Positions 38,901 to 48,900 of a stretch of DNA of 64,000 bases are shown here, one piece after another (position 1 is the first letter of the stretch; every line of letters begins with the position of its first letter). This DNA is from an uncultured Thermoplasmata archaeon (GTDB lineage: Archaea > Thermoplasmatota > DTKX01 > GCA-020343715), in assembly GCA_965369625.1 (NCBI GenBank), contig CBDUQW010000005.1, forward strand, positions 1,562 to 65,561, given 5' to 3'. Position numbers and translations under genes: made by a program. The notes beneath the pieces were generated by a model. That model did no database searches, was not told where the DNA came from, and was given only the letters and a program-made list of their open reading frames with translations.

Positions 38901-39775
38901 ACGCCCGCCTGGGGGGCGACGTCGGTGAACTTGCCCGTCCCATCGTTCTGCCAGAGGAAGTTGGGTTCCAACCTGTAGTTGCTGACATGGATGTCCGCGT
39001 CACCGTCGTCGTCGTAGTCGCAGAAGGCCACACCGCGACCGGGATGGCTTCCGGAGGACCGGATGCCGCTTGAAATCGAGACATCGGTGAAGGTCCCATC
39101 GCCCTCGTTGTGCCACAGGGTGTCCGGGTAGCCATTCAAACCCCCGTCCTCGTAGTTGGCCACGTAGAGGTCGAGGTGGCCATCGCCATCGATGTCGCCC
39201 CATGCCGCTGACGTGGAGGGGTAGTTGTCGACGGGGTTCCCCGCGGCCGCCGTCACGTCGGTGAAGGTCCAATCGGGAGCACCATCATTGCGGAAGAGGT
39301 AGTCGTTCCGGGTGGGACTGGAGGTGGTCCAGCCCCCGCCCGCCAGGTAGACGTCCAGGTCGCCGTCGTTATCGTAGTCACCCCAGATCCCCACGTTCAC
39401 GCGGGTCGTAAGGTCCAGGCCCACCTCGGCCGTCACGTCGGTGAAGTTCCAGGCCGGTGGCCCCCCGTTGCGGAGCAGCCTTCTTCCGTTGACCAGCAGG
39501 TCCTGGTATCCATCGTTGTTGTAGTCGCCCCAGGCGAAGTAGCTGCCTCCGAAGGCCTCGAGCCCCGCCTGACCGGAAACGTTCTCGAAGGTCACGGGCT
39601 CGTCATCACCTCCGAGGTACGAGAACCTGGAGCCGACCTCGATGGGCAGCATCCCTCCCTCGGGGAGGGCGCCCTCGGTCGGACCCGTGTCCCCTTCGGG
39701 GGTCGCCAGGGCGAGCTGGGCCGCGAGCATCAGCACGAGTAGGAGGCTCAGCGCCCTCGTCTTCAAGATAGTCAT
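35912..39775 (-). CDS. Surface protein: CRTAC1-like FG-GAP propeller, ASPIC/UnbV domain, ~7 PKD domains, TM
   Basis: Repeated WGDY.NDG..D; SNAMGLGTRV...FGMG...VRFPSG; repeated W.FGDG/V.DDDG; C-terminal TM and acidic tail. Confidence 0.88.
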   Translation of the reverse strand: MTILKTRALSLLLVLMLAAQLALATPEGDTGPTEGALPEGGMLPIEVGSRFSYLGGDDEPVTFENVSGQAGLEAFGGSYFAWGDYNNDGYQDLLVNGRRLLRNGGPPAWNFTDVTAEVGLDLTTRVNVGIWGDYDNDGDLDVYLAGGGWTTSSPTRNDYLFRNDGAPDWTFTDVTAAAGNPVDNYPSTSAAWGDIDGDGHLDLYVANYEDGGLNGYPDTLWHNEGDGTFTDVSISSGIRSSGSHPGRGVAFCDYDDDGDADIHVSNYRLEPNFLWQNDGTGKFTDVAPQAGVTGDDLYHGGRGPYYGHTIGSSWADWNNDGYMDIWEANLVHKYVGGGDIRGYICDDSKFYVNNGPPAWNFTDVRPDTGIPYKPTGAAGTYRGDELYDGIAWADVDNDGDLDVFMPQVYNIDYAYSFLYLNMGDGTFEDVSTNVGLRVWNTYGAAWADYDNDGDLDLATGGRAPLSGPSRIHLFRNSGNSNGWLKVVPTGSDSNAMGLGTRVTVRVGNTTMTRDVEGGTGSHAQMNDLVVEFGMGKADRADWVTVRFPSGVEMTFTDVAVNTTLTVSEADGSMVPDLAADVGSPFEDQTVTLTTTAVAATTGDHTGYYWDTDGDGVLEDRTTVPSTTVNWSRRGIYRPRVGVGMELDGQSFIYLSDPSFLVDVRNVLPTADAGGDRVLAEDGVLVLNGSASTDSPSDMATLQYRWVVDTVDGGWTDDPTTTVSWPTSGSHTAMLIVRDDDGSQSSDEIDIVVENLAPVVMHPGDLMSYEDQQVLIETTAMDTPSDQDGLEYRIHFGDGNATGWLMEAKRLYTYRTSGTLEVQVEARDEDGATGKVAFNVTVINMVPVADLSIQVQDLDEDEEFTVFGTATDTYSDSEGLRWRFDFGDGNVTDWRRKPVQRVTHAYTMEGVYNVTLTVVDDDGERSNSTAQVKVSNVVPTVIVSGPSGSLNEDDSVELEATGYDTASDQELLEYRWDLGDGTVLDWTDQSLVEHTYRSKGTYVIVLTVRDDDGAEHTAQMPVKVVNLPPVPEAVQSAGTVFEDETVTFDAIGTTDTPSDLGSLTYQWTTGSQVSTGKQATFSWDQSGSHNVVLLVTDDDGAMAELYLVVVVKNRSPEGLASADRTEAKVGEEFTFSVVGLDDSASDIEYLAITWVFGDGNLASGTVVTHSFEEKGVYTVTLSIRDDDGAEAESFITVIVTEEEGMMSGGSGLILVAVIILVVVVLAAFLFLRMRGAPSEDGEERDLVGPGGPGVQDASEVQEGPKDVSEDPAEAPPPEEETPIYDDER

Positions 39776-39857
39776 CCTCCTGGAGGCCCTGGTAGGGACG
39801 GCTGGATTGATGGGCAGGTTCGTATTTATACCTTGCCAGACCGTTGTCCAGCCGGGT

Positions 39858-42413
39858 CTATTCGTACTCCTCCCTTTGCTCCCTCATGGTGATGTTCTCC
39901 TCCATGCGGGTGCCGTCCTGGGAGTCCACGGTGGGTTCGACGCTCATGTCCTCGACGGGTGGTTCGTACCCGTGGGGCTCCATACCTCCTGGTTGGCCAC
40001 CCTCTTCTCCCACCTGGGGAGCGTCGGTCCCGTGGGCGTACGGGCCTGACGATTCGGAGTATAGGCCGCCCTCCTCGTACACTATCTGCTCGGGTCCTTC
40101 GGGGGTCACTGGTCCCCGCTTGGGGATGACGTACTTCACGACCAGGAACAGGACGGCGACGATGATCACCACGACGACCATTATGATGCCCCATGTGAGG
40201 GTCGACAACCCCCCGTCCTCATCCTCGGGCATCGGTACCTCCACCACCAGCTCTGCGAGGTTGTTGTCCTTGGTAAGCTCCTCGATCTTGAACCTCGGGT
40301 CGACGTTGAAGCGCAGCTTGTTGGTCCCGCCCACGGCTTCCCAGGTGAACACGAGGTTCTCCGATTCTCCCGCCGACAGGTTGGTACCGGTCCTGAAGTC
40401 GATGGGCTTGTTGTAGTTGGTGAACTCCACGTCGTAGCTCCCAGATGCCACCACGCCGATGTTCGTGACGTTCAGGATGACCGTCACCTCCTCCTTGTGC
40501 TCGGGCTTCAGGACGTCCAGGTAGATGTCCGAGCTGGTCACCTTGAGGTCGGGGAGGTTCTTCAGCGTGAACATGCGGTGGGAGACATCGGAGTACTTGT
40601 CGCCGTCGGACACACGGACCTGGATCTGGGACTGTCCGGACCGCTCATCGGAGAGGTCCAGCTGGAAGTCGAAGTCCAGGTTGTTGTCGTCCTGGAGGAC
40701 CAGGCCGCTGCCGAAGCTCCAGCCGTCCTCGTCCCTGAGCCTCCACTCCAGGGAGAGGTTCTCGTCGAAGCCCTCCTCGTCGTAGGCCGTGCCAACGACG
40801 GGGACTGTCCCGATGTACTCGGTGCCGTTCTCGGGCCGGGCCACGTTCAGCCTGGGGGGATTGTTGTTGTCCACGTCGACGATGATGGAGTCCTCGGGTC
40901 CCGTCACGAAGCCGTCGGTCGCCCATGCCGTGATGTTAAGCGGGCCGTCGGGGAAGTGCATGGAGTTGAACCTGTACTCCCAGGCGGTTGCCCCGGGCAG
41001 CCTCGCGGGGTCGTTGTCCCCCACCTTGACGAAGATGGACTGGAGACCGGTGGTGCCTGCCGGGTCCGCCGCCTTGCCCTGGACCTGGACCGACTCACCC
41101 CTGACCAGGGAGCCGTCGGGCGGGGCGGTGATCTCCACCACGGGGGCCTTGTTGTCCATCCTGGCGAAGTACACGCCCACGGAGCTGTTGATGTTGGCGG
41201 AGAAGGCCACGGCCACGCTCCCGTCGTCGAGGGGGAGGACCACGCCGTCGTCCTCCCATGCCCTCGGTCCCAGGGACTCGTTCCACGAGCCCGCGACCTC
41301 GGTGGGGGCGGTGAACGAGGTGCCGTCGTGGGAGAGGCTGTGGTAGACCCGCTTCGGGTCCGTACCGCCCTGGGTCCATACCATGTGCACCCTCCCCAAG
41401 GGGTCGAAGGCCAGCTCCGGGTTGGTCTGCACATCGCCGGGTCCCAGGGAGGACCAGACCTTCTTGGGTGGCCCGAAGGTGTCGCCGCCGTCGTCGGACC
41501 GGATGTGTAGGATGAAGTCGTCATCAAGGGGGTCGAACACCACCTCGACGACGTCGTCCTCGGAGACGGCGAGCCGGGGACGCAGCGAACGGGGCGCATC
41601 CTCGGTGACGGTGTAGACCTTGGTGATGGTGAAGGAGCTATCCGCGGGTGCCCTCCTCGCCACCTTGATGCCGGCCTCGCGGGGAGCCCGGTACCCGTAG
41701 GCGATGTACACCGTACCGTCCGACCCGATGGCGATGTCGCCCTGCACGTGGCTCTGGTCCTCTGGCATTCCCGATTCGACCGCACGGGGGGGCAGGGGGT
41801 TGAGACCATCGTCGGACCTGACGATGAAGAGCTTCGAGGTGGTCGGGGTCCTCTCGATGTAGAGGATGTTGAGGGAGCCCAGCGGGGTGATGGCCATGGC
41901 CGAGTGCTCCTGGGCCAACGTGTTGTCGACCACGGGGAAGGCGTCGCTGGGGTCGCGGAAGGTCTCTCCCCCGTCGTCGGACCGGGCCCATCGCACCCTC
42001 CACCAGCCCTGGAGGACCAGCCACTGGGTGTAGGCGGCGTAGAGGTGGTCATCGGTGTCGACGACGATGTCGCAGGTGGTGGGCTGGTTCCGTTGCTGGT
42101 TCGCGATGGGGTCCACCCGCACGTCCGGGGCCCAGGTGTCGCCCTTGTCGTTGGAGCTGGTGACGAAGCAATCCGTCCCGTCGGCACGGTCCTCCAGCCA
42201 GCCGGAGTGCAGCGTGCCCTCGCCGTCCATGATGAGCCTCACCGACTCTATCGCCCTGGCGGCCTTCGGGCCGCCGTCCACCCTCACGGGTTCGGTCCAG
42301 GGACCCGAAGGGGTCTCCTCGGCCATGACCGCGGAAGGGGCCATGGGCAGGACCGAGAGCATCGACAGCGCCAGCAGCACCACGCAGAACCTGTGTAACG
42401 TCTTGACCTTCAT
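39858..42413 (-). CDS. Surface protein: BNR/Asp-box propeller, Ig-like domains, CARDB, TM
   Basis: Asp boxes (S.D.G.TW/F) repeated; LPDLKV...VDPRFKIEELTKDNN; TM and acidic tail. Confidence 0.82.
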   Translation of the reverse strand: MKVKTLHRFCVVLLALSMLSVLPMAPSAVMAEETPSGPWTEPVRVDGGPKAARAIESVRLIMDGEGTLHSGWLEDRADGTDCFVTSSNDKGDTWAPDVRVDPIANQQRNQPTTCDIVVDTDDHLYAAYTQWLVLQGWWRVRWARSDDGGETFRDPSDAFPVVDNTLAQEHSAMAITPLGSLNILYIERTPTTSKLFIVRSDDGLNPLPPRAVESGMPEDQSHVQGDIAIGSDGTVYIAYGYRAPREAGIKVARRAPADSSFTITKVYTVTEDAPRSLRPRLAVSEDDVVEVVFDPLDDDFILHIRSDDGGDTFGPPKKVWSSLGPGDVQTNPELAFDPLGRVHMVWTQGGTDPKRVYHSLSHDGTSFTAPTEVAGSWNESLGPRAWEDDGVVLPLDDGSVAVAFSANINSSVGVYFARMDNKAPVVEITAPPDGSLVRGESVQVQGKAADPAGTTGLQSIFVKVGDNDPARLPGATAWEYRFNSMHFPDGPLNITAWATDGFVTGPEDSIIVDVDNNNPPRLNVARPENGTEYIGTVPVVGTAYDEEGFDENLSLEWRLRDEDGWSFGSGLVLQDDNNLDFDFQLDLSDERSGQSQIQVRVSDGDKYSDVSHRMFTLKNLPDLKVTSSDIYLDVLKPEHKEEVTVILNVTNIGVVASGSYDVEFTNYNKPIDFRTGTNLSAGESENLVFTWEAVGGTNKLRFNVDPRFKIEELTKDNNLAELVVEVPMPEDEDGGLSTLTWGIIMVVVVIIVAVLFLVVKYVIPKRGPVTPEGPEQIVYEEGGLYSESSGPYAHGTDAPQVGEEGGQPGGMEPHGYEPPVEDMSVEPTVDSQDGTRMEENITMREQREEYE

Positions 42414-42464
42414 TCGAACACACCCACCGGGTCCAAGTATCCACAGTGACCGTGGTCCTTCGAC

Positions 42465-43385
42465 TTAACCTTTACGAGAACCGTCAGCCGGCCTGACCGC
42501 CATGGCGACAAGGACCAGTATGAAGAAGAGGCCCAGGGCGCCCATCACGAGGGCGAAGGCCTGCCAAGAGACGTCCGAGGTCGCCTCCTCCCTTATCTTG
42601 AAGGTGCGGTCCGCCTGGTTGTTCGCGGTGCTCTTCTCCTGGATGGGCTTGAGCGACCTGGCGGTCGCGACGATGGTGACGTTGCCCTCCCCGAAGGTCC
42701 ATTCGAGGCTCACGGAGCCCTCGGAGTATGGTCCTATGCTGGGGATCACCTCGGTGCCCACGACTTCGCTGCCGGCTGTCACGACCACCTCGACCTCCTC
42801 GACCGCCTCACCCCCCTGGTTGCGGACGGAGACCCGGATCCTGGTGTCCTCGGCCGCGCGGGCGTGCTCCGGCTCGAGGGTGATGTCGGTGGGGAGTATG
42901 ACTATGTCGGGCAGGTCCCTGACGGTGACGCTCACCGTCACGGTTAGGCTGTGGAGCTCTCCATCGAAGGCCCTCACGTGCACCTGGTGGGCTCCGGGGG
43001 TGTGCCAGTCCAGGTTCACTATCTCGCCGTAGTGGAGGATGTGCCCCTCCTGGCCGGCATTGGACGGCAGGCGGAACCACTCCCAGTCGTTCCACCTGGC
43101 CTCCACGTACGAGGAGGTGTTGAAGCCCTCGGTGTCGCTGGCCGTGCCCGAGATGGTCACCAACAGGCCGAGGCTCGCACCCTCCGGCGGGGTGTCCACC
43201 ACGACCAGGGGAGGGGTGTTCTCACCAACGGCCGTGGTCGCCATCATACCAAGGGCCGTGGCGAGGAACGCCAGGAGGAACCAGATCGCGAGACGGTAAT
43301 TGCGAGGGACCAAGTCGACCGACCACCGGAGGACCGAATGCCCCTCAACGTTGATAACCGATTCGTCTTCAGCTGGTCGGCTCAT
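42465..43385 (-). CDS. Surface protein: Ig-like domain, CARDB, C-terminal TM
   Basis: Hydrophobic leader; LPDIVI...VRNQG...EKSTANN. The start may lie downstream of 43385. Confidence 0.75.
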   Translation of the reverse strand: MSRPAEDESVINVEGHSVLRWSVDLVPRNYRLAIWFLLAFLATALGMMATTAVGENTPPLVVVDTPPEGASLGLLVTISGTASDTEGFNTSSYVEARWNDWEWFRLPSNAGQEGHILHYGEIVNLDWHTPGAHQVHVRAFDGELHSLTVTVSVTVRDLPDIVILPTDITLEPEHARAAEDTRIRVSVRNQGGEAVEEVEVVVTAGSEVVGTEVIPSIGPYSEGSVSLEWTFGEGNVTIVATARSLKPIQEKSTANNQADRTFKIREEATSDVSWQAFALVMGALGLFFILVLVAMAVRPADGSRKG

Positions 43386-44278
43386 GCCCGGGTGGTCGGG
43401 AGGTCGAGGGCCCGTGCCTCGTCCTCCACCACCGAGAAGGCCCCCTGGTAGAACCCTCCGTCCCCCGAACCGTCGGGCGGGAACATCCTGTGGCGGGCGG
43501 TCGCCATCAGGGCCTGGTCACCTCCCAGGGCCCTCGATATCGATAGCCAGACCCCCCGCTTGAGGTTCAACCGGTCGACCAGGATGTACCTGGCGCCCGC
43601 CTCGTGGACCTGACGGACCAGGGTGCGGAGCTCGTTGACCGTCGCCATGGGATAGATGGGTCCGATGAATGCGTAGGTCGGGACGTTCGCGTCGGACAGC
43701 AGCCTCATCGCGGCAAGCCTTCTCGCGACGGGAGGGGCCCCTGGCTCCATGAGCCTCCTCTGGTGCTCGTCCATGGTGGTGATGGTGAACCCCACCTCCC
43801 TCTCGGAGAACGACCCGAGGAGGTCGAGGTCACGGACGACGAGGTCGCTCTTGGTGAGGATGCAGACGGGCCAATCATGACGGAGGAGCCTCTCAAGGCA
43901 GTACCTCGTCAACTTGAAGGTGCGTTCTGCGGGTTGATAGGGGTCGGTGACCGTCGAGATGCCCACGACGCCCCTCTCCTTCCTGCGCAGCTCACGGGAA
44001 AGGATGGCGGGCATGTTCCGCCTTGCCTTTATCTGGCGACCCCAGGTCTCCCGGTCGGCATCCAGCACCGAGGGTGCGTAGCAGTAGGCGCAGTGGTGGG
44101 CGCACCCGATGTAGGGGTTGAGGGCCCAGTCGAAACCGTCCAGCCCGGAAGGGGTGAGGGCGGAGGTGGCGTCAGCCCTCGTGACGGTGCAACCCTCGAG
44201 GCCCTCTCCGAGGTCCCTCGGGTCCTTGCCGTCGAGCCACGTGTCCAGGGGTGCCTCGGGGAGGTTCGACGCATTCAA
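43382..44278 (-). CDS. Radical SAM protein, spore photoproduct lyase-like family
   Basis: NPYIGCAHHCAYCYA, TDPYQPAE, LTKSDLVVRD, EPGAP...RL; TTG start overlapping the nreA stop. Confidence 0.9.
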   Translation of the reverse strand: MNASNLPEAPLDTWLDGKDPRDLGEGLEGCTVTRADATSALTPSGLDGFDWALNPYIGCAHHCAYCYAPSVLDADRETWGRQIKARRNMPAILSRELRRKERGVVGISTVTDPYQPAERTFKLTRYCLERLLRHDWPVCILTKSDLVVRDLDLLGSFSEREVGFTITTMDEHQRRLMEPGAPPVARRLAAMRLLSDANVPTYAFIGPIYPMATVNELRTLVRQVHEAGARYILVDRLNLKRGVWLSISRALGGDQALMATARHRMFPPDGSGDGGFYQGAFSVVEDEARALDLPTTRA

Positions 44279-45573
44279 GTGTAGTCCTCCAACCTGCGCT
44301 GGTGGATGCGGTCATTGAGCACGCCGCTGACCCCGATCCACCGCTTGAGGGGGATGTCCATCCTCCGCTCCACGTGGCCGAGGGCCGCCGGGAGGGAGTC
44401 GTACTTGGCGGGCTCGCCCCTGAGGGCCTCCCGCACGTGCTCCCTCACGTTCCAGACCCCGACGGGCAGGATGTACCCCGGGTGGGCCTCCCTGAGGATG
44501 ACCACCCCCGCCTGCCGGCCCTCCCTGGTGAGCAATTCGTTCGAGGCGAGGCGGGCGGCGTAGTAGCAACCGCCGATCTCGGCGTAGGTCTTCCTGCCCC
44601 GATACAGCTCGTGGGAAGAGATGATGGATATCGACCGCTGGCTGGGGTTCCAGAGGGTGTTGGGGTACCAGGCCTCCACCAGCTCGTAGCACCACTCGGT
44701 GGGCATCATGAGGATGATCCACCGGTTGTCCAGCTGCACCGTCTCGTATATGCGGTACTCGTCGATGGTGGGGGCCACCTTGGTCCGCTCCATGAGCGTC
44801 CCGCCCACGGTGGAATCCACCGCGGTGATGCTCCACCTGGTGGGCACCAACCTGCGTCGCTTCCCCTTGCCGAGCAGCCCGGCCGAGAGGGCCCGCTGGA
44901 TCCGGGAGACGTACACCCCGCTCCCGTAGAGGTCCATGATGCCGTCCCGTGCCAGCAGGTCGGTGTCGTCGAAGGCCCGCTCGATGCGCCGGTCGGCCTT
45001 CACCGTCTCCATCTCGAGGCTCTCGATGGGCGCCGAGGGCCCCATGGGCTGGCCCTCAGAGCTGAGCTCGATGCGGCCCGAGGGACGCTTCTTGAACATG
45101 GCGTCGACCCTCGTCGGCGGGCCTCCCAGGGCGAGCTCCCTGGTGGCCTGGAGTAGCCGGTCGGGGGCCTCGGGCTCGTCTATCCTGACCCGGTGTCTGC
45201 CCCTCACCAGCTGCTGGCGCATCGAGATGATGCTGTCGATGGGCTGGCCCACCCACTCCTCCGGAGTGTCGAGGAGGTGGGTGTCGCCGAACTGGGGCGG
45301 GATCATCGGCCCGATGTCCACCTTGGGGTAGCCCACCCGTCCAACGAAGACGGAGGGTGGAGAGGAGCCCGCCAGCGACCGGGTCTCCAGGAGGGGGGCG
45401 GTCCTGACGTTGGCATACACCTTGGCCATGATGGGGCAACGGGCCTTCCCGCAGAGCATGCGGGTCCCGCGGCAGAGGGTGCAGCGGTCGGACCGCATCT
45501 TCTTTCTCGACCTGCGGACGATGGTGGGGTCGTCAAATGGATGGGGGGCGGTCGCTGACATGGCGCTCTCCAT
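44275..45573 (-). CDS. nreA: Archaeal DNA repair protein NreA (Nre family)
   Basis: CTLCRG...LCG...CP, GSSPPSVFVG, LVPTRWSITAVD, GGCYYAARL, PVGVWNVRE; C-terminal PIP-like QRRLEDY. Confidence 0.93.
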   Translation of the reverse strand: MESAMSATAPHPFDDPTIVRRSRKKMRSDRCTLCRGTRMLCGKARCPIMAKVYANVRTAPLLETRSLAGSSPPSVFVGRVGYPKVDIGPMIPPQFGDTHLLDTPEEWVGQPIDSIISMRQQLVRGRHRVRIDEPEAPDRLLQATRELALGGPPTRVDAMFKKRPSGRIELSSEGQPMGPSAPIESLEMETVKADRRIERAFDDTDLLARDGIMDLYGSGVYVSRIQRALSAGLLGKGKRRRLVPTRWSITAVDSTVGGTLMERTKVAPTIDEYRIYETVQLDNRWIILMMPTEWCYELVEAWYPNTLWNPSQRSISIISSHELYRGRKTYAEIGGCYYAARLASNELLTREGRQAGVVILREAHPGYILPVGVWNVREHVREALRGEPAKYDSLPAALGHVERRMDIPLKRWIGVSGVLNDRIHQRRLEDYT

Positions 45574-45779
45574 GCCCGACTTGGCGATGGGACCTTATGA
45601 AGGTCCGGTGGGGAGGTGGGTGAATGTGGGGGACACCGGTCCTGGTGTTCTTCGACCCGAGCCGGGACCAAGGCCAGGGTCGACAGGATGTCCATTATTC
45701 GCTCTGGGACGATAAAAATGACCTCGGCCAGAGGCCCCTCCGGGGCCTTGCCATATTTATCGTGGCCATATGGGCAAAG

Positions 45780-45787
45780 TTATAAAT
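45780..45787 (+). promoter_or_regulatory. Candidate TATA box for the giant ORF
   Basis: TTATAAAT preceded by purine-rich GGGCAAAG; a second AT-rich box near 45831-45838. Confidence 0.5.
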
Positions 45788-45903
45788 GACCATCACTGGC
45801 ATGACGGAGGTTACCTATCCATCCGAGGGAATATAATTGCATCATGGATAAGTGATGGATGGGGCACGTCTGTCGACAAGACAGCGCCTCCGGGGGAATC
45901 GAG

Positions 45904-48900
45904 GTGAAGGAACCATACGCAGTGTTCTCTTTAGCATCGCTGAGAGCGTTCGCCGTGCTCACGGTCGCGCTCATGTTGATGACCGCAGTAGCGCCCGTCC
46001 TGAACAAGGCAATCGAGGATGGGAACTGGCCGCCCATACCATTTGTGGGTGACGACGGATCTTCGGATGATTGGAGCTCATCGACACCGCCCGAGGGGGC
46101 GCCGATCATACCGGGCCACGAGTACGACGCGGCGATGGCCATCGCGAAGTTGCCGACCACATGGGTACTGGACTCGAACGTCACGAGGAACGTCACCGTG
46201 GAGATCCTCGTGGTCAACACGTACGGCGGCCCCGTCGAGGGCATGATGCTCGAGCAGTTCCTCACCAGCAACGTCACCCTTCTTGATGCATCGATCCCCC
46301 CGAGCAGGAACGGTGACTACCTGATATGGCCCATAGGCCGCATGGACGTCAACGACACCTTCTCCGTGACCATTGACCTCGAGGTCACCACCGCGGATGA
46401 GAACTTCACGGACGCTGACTCGGGCATCATCGTCTACGGACATCGAGGCCAGAAGGCGATCTACACCTATTCCCCGCCCCTGCGGTTCGTGAACAAGAAC
46501 CTGTCCGAGTACCTCAAGGCCACGGTGGACGCGGACAAGTACGACCTCTACGTCCAGAACACGGGCGCGGCCTTTGGCGCCGACGTCAACCGCATCTACG
46601 GGTACGTGAGGGACTTCGTTGCGTACGAGGCGTACATCGGCTCCCTCAGGGGCGCCCGTGGCACCATCTGGGGGATGGCAGGCAACTCCCTGGACCAGTC
46701 GAACCTCTTGGTCGCGCTGCTGCGGGGTGCGGGCATCCCTTGCCGCTACGTGAACGGCCAGCTGAGCACCGCGGACGCGCGGACCCTGGTCATGTCCATG
46801 TTCGTCTCCGGGGAGAACGTCACGGGCAACTGGCCCGCGGGCGAGGTCCTGGCTGACCCCGCCAACAACGCGACCCTCCTGAACGAGGCCAAGAACCACA
46901 CATGGGTCGAGTACTACGTGGGCAATGACAAGTGGATTGCACTGGACCCGACCTTCACGTCTGCTGATGTCAATGACACCTTCGCCGTGCCCCTGGACCG
47001 GTTCACCGAGACCCCCGAGCACTGGAGGCATCACGTCCGGGTCAAGGTGCGCGTCGAGGAGTGGGAGCTCTTCGGGGCCATGAACGGTCGGCTCAACATG
47101 AGGACCACCTTCAACGAGGAGTACGCGACGGCGAAGCTGGTGGGCAAGAACTCCTACTTCACCCACGAGGTGACCAAGAAGCCCCACGGTCCCGAGTCCC
47201 TGCCCTTCGGCGGCATCAATCCCTACTACTACGAGACCGTGACCTACCAGGACATCATGGTCATCGCCAACGAGTCCACATACGGCAAAACCTACGTGGA
47301 GACCTTCTACCCGATCTCGGCCTACGAGCTCCTGTCGGAGGAGTTCCTCGCCGAGTGGCTGGACTTCGAGGTCACCTCCCCCGACGGGAAGAAGGTGACA
47401 ATGACCCGGGTGATATTCGACAAGGTGGGGTACGAGTACCGCAACGCCAATGGCAACTCGTACCTCGGCGAGCCCATAATGGAGCGGGACCCGCCGGTCA
47501 GCGGAGCGGAGGTCTATTCCCTCCTCTTCCTCCCGTGCCGGGTGCCATGGGTCGCGGTCGAGAACCAGGTGAAGAAGTTCAATGCGTCCTACGAGGCCTA
47601 CAATGACGCGGCCAAGAACAACACCACCAAGGCGGAGAAGGAGATCCTCAACGAGGCCGTGAAGCAGAAGCACGTCGACCTGCTCCACCTCTCCGCGCTG
47701 CAGATGGCCTGGGTCTCGGACATGCGGGACAACACCGCCAACGTCGTCCTGCAGGTCAAGAGCTACTACCTCGAGCCCCGGATTATCATAGCCTCCTTCG
47801 AGTCGAAGGACCCGGAATGGTACTTCATCCTAGACTGGAGGTACAACGACATACGAGGCCTGTCATACCCGGGCACGTCGGTGGTCACTGAGTGGAAGTA
47901 CCAAGAGCAGAAGGGCATCACGGACACCGATGCCGAGTCCGAGATGATGCATGTCTACGCACCGAACCAGACCGTCATCAGCCTCAACACCATCTTCGAC
48001 AAGGCCAGGGAGGAGGGTGTGCCCCTCGTCTACCTGAAGAAGGATTGGGACTTCATGGTGTCCGGCCTCAACATCTCAGCCGAGGCGAAGAAACGGATAC
48101 AGCACGCGTTGGACGCCGGAAAGGACGTGGTGGTTCCCCAACGGAGCGTCATGCTGGCGAACAAGTCACGTATAGCGTGGTGGGAGCAGGACCCAGAGAC
48201 AGGCAAGATCTACTCCGTCGGGGAGAGGGGGCTCCACTTCTCCCTCTGCGGATGCATGTGCTGCATCGCCATCATAGGGATCCTCAACTCCATCGCCACG
48301 ACGATCATCGGTGTGGGCGGTAGCTCGGATGCTGCGCAACACGCGATGAACCAGTTCTGCGACGCGGTCCTGGCTGTTGTGGACTGGATGGTCGGACCCT
48401 CCTACGGCACACCCGAGCAGTACAAGGCATGGTTCAACTCCATCAGGAACAAGACGGCGGCATGGATAGCCGCGGCCTACAGGGCCATCTTCATATCCCT
48501 CGAGCTCGTCGCCTCTGGGATATCGGATATGGGAGGCGCCCTCGCCGGTGGCTCTGCCATCGCAAGCACGATCGAGAACTGCTTCAAGTGCTTCGGGGTC
48601 GACATCGTGGCTTGGGGCATCATGCAGACGTATGGCCAACAGTTCAGGGTGGACTTCACGAACATCGATGGCGAAAACGAGGGCGTTGCCACGGTCTCCA
48701 CGGACACCGTGATCACAGACATCACGAGCGCCGCTGGCATCGGGCTCGCCTTCGCCGGCGTGGTGATGTCGTTCGCCACCAACATCGCGGGGTTCGCAAC
48801 CAGCGTGACCGTCGATACCCTCGGCGCCATCGGGAGGGGGGTCACCTTCGCCCTTGGCGTCTTCAAGGCGGGTGTGGGATTCGTCATCGCATCGCTCATC

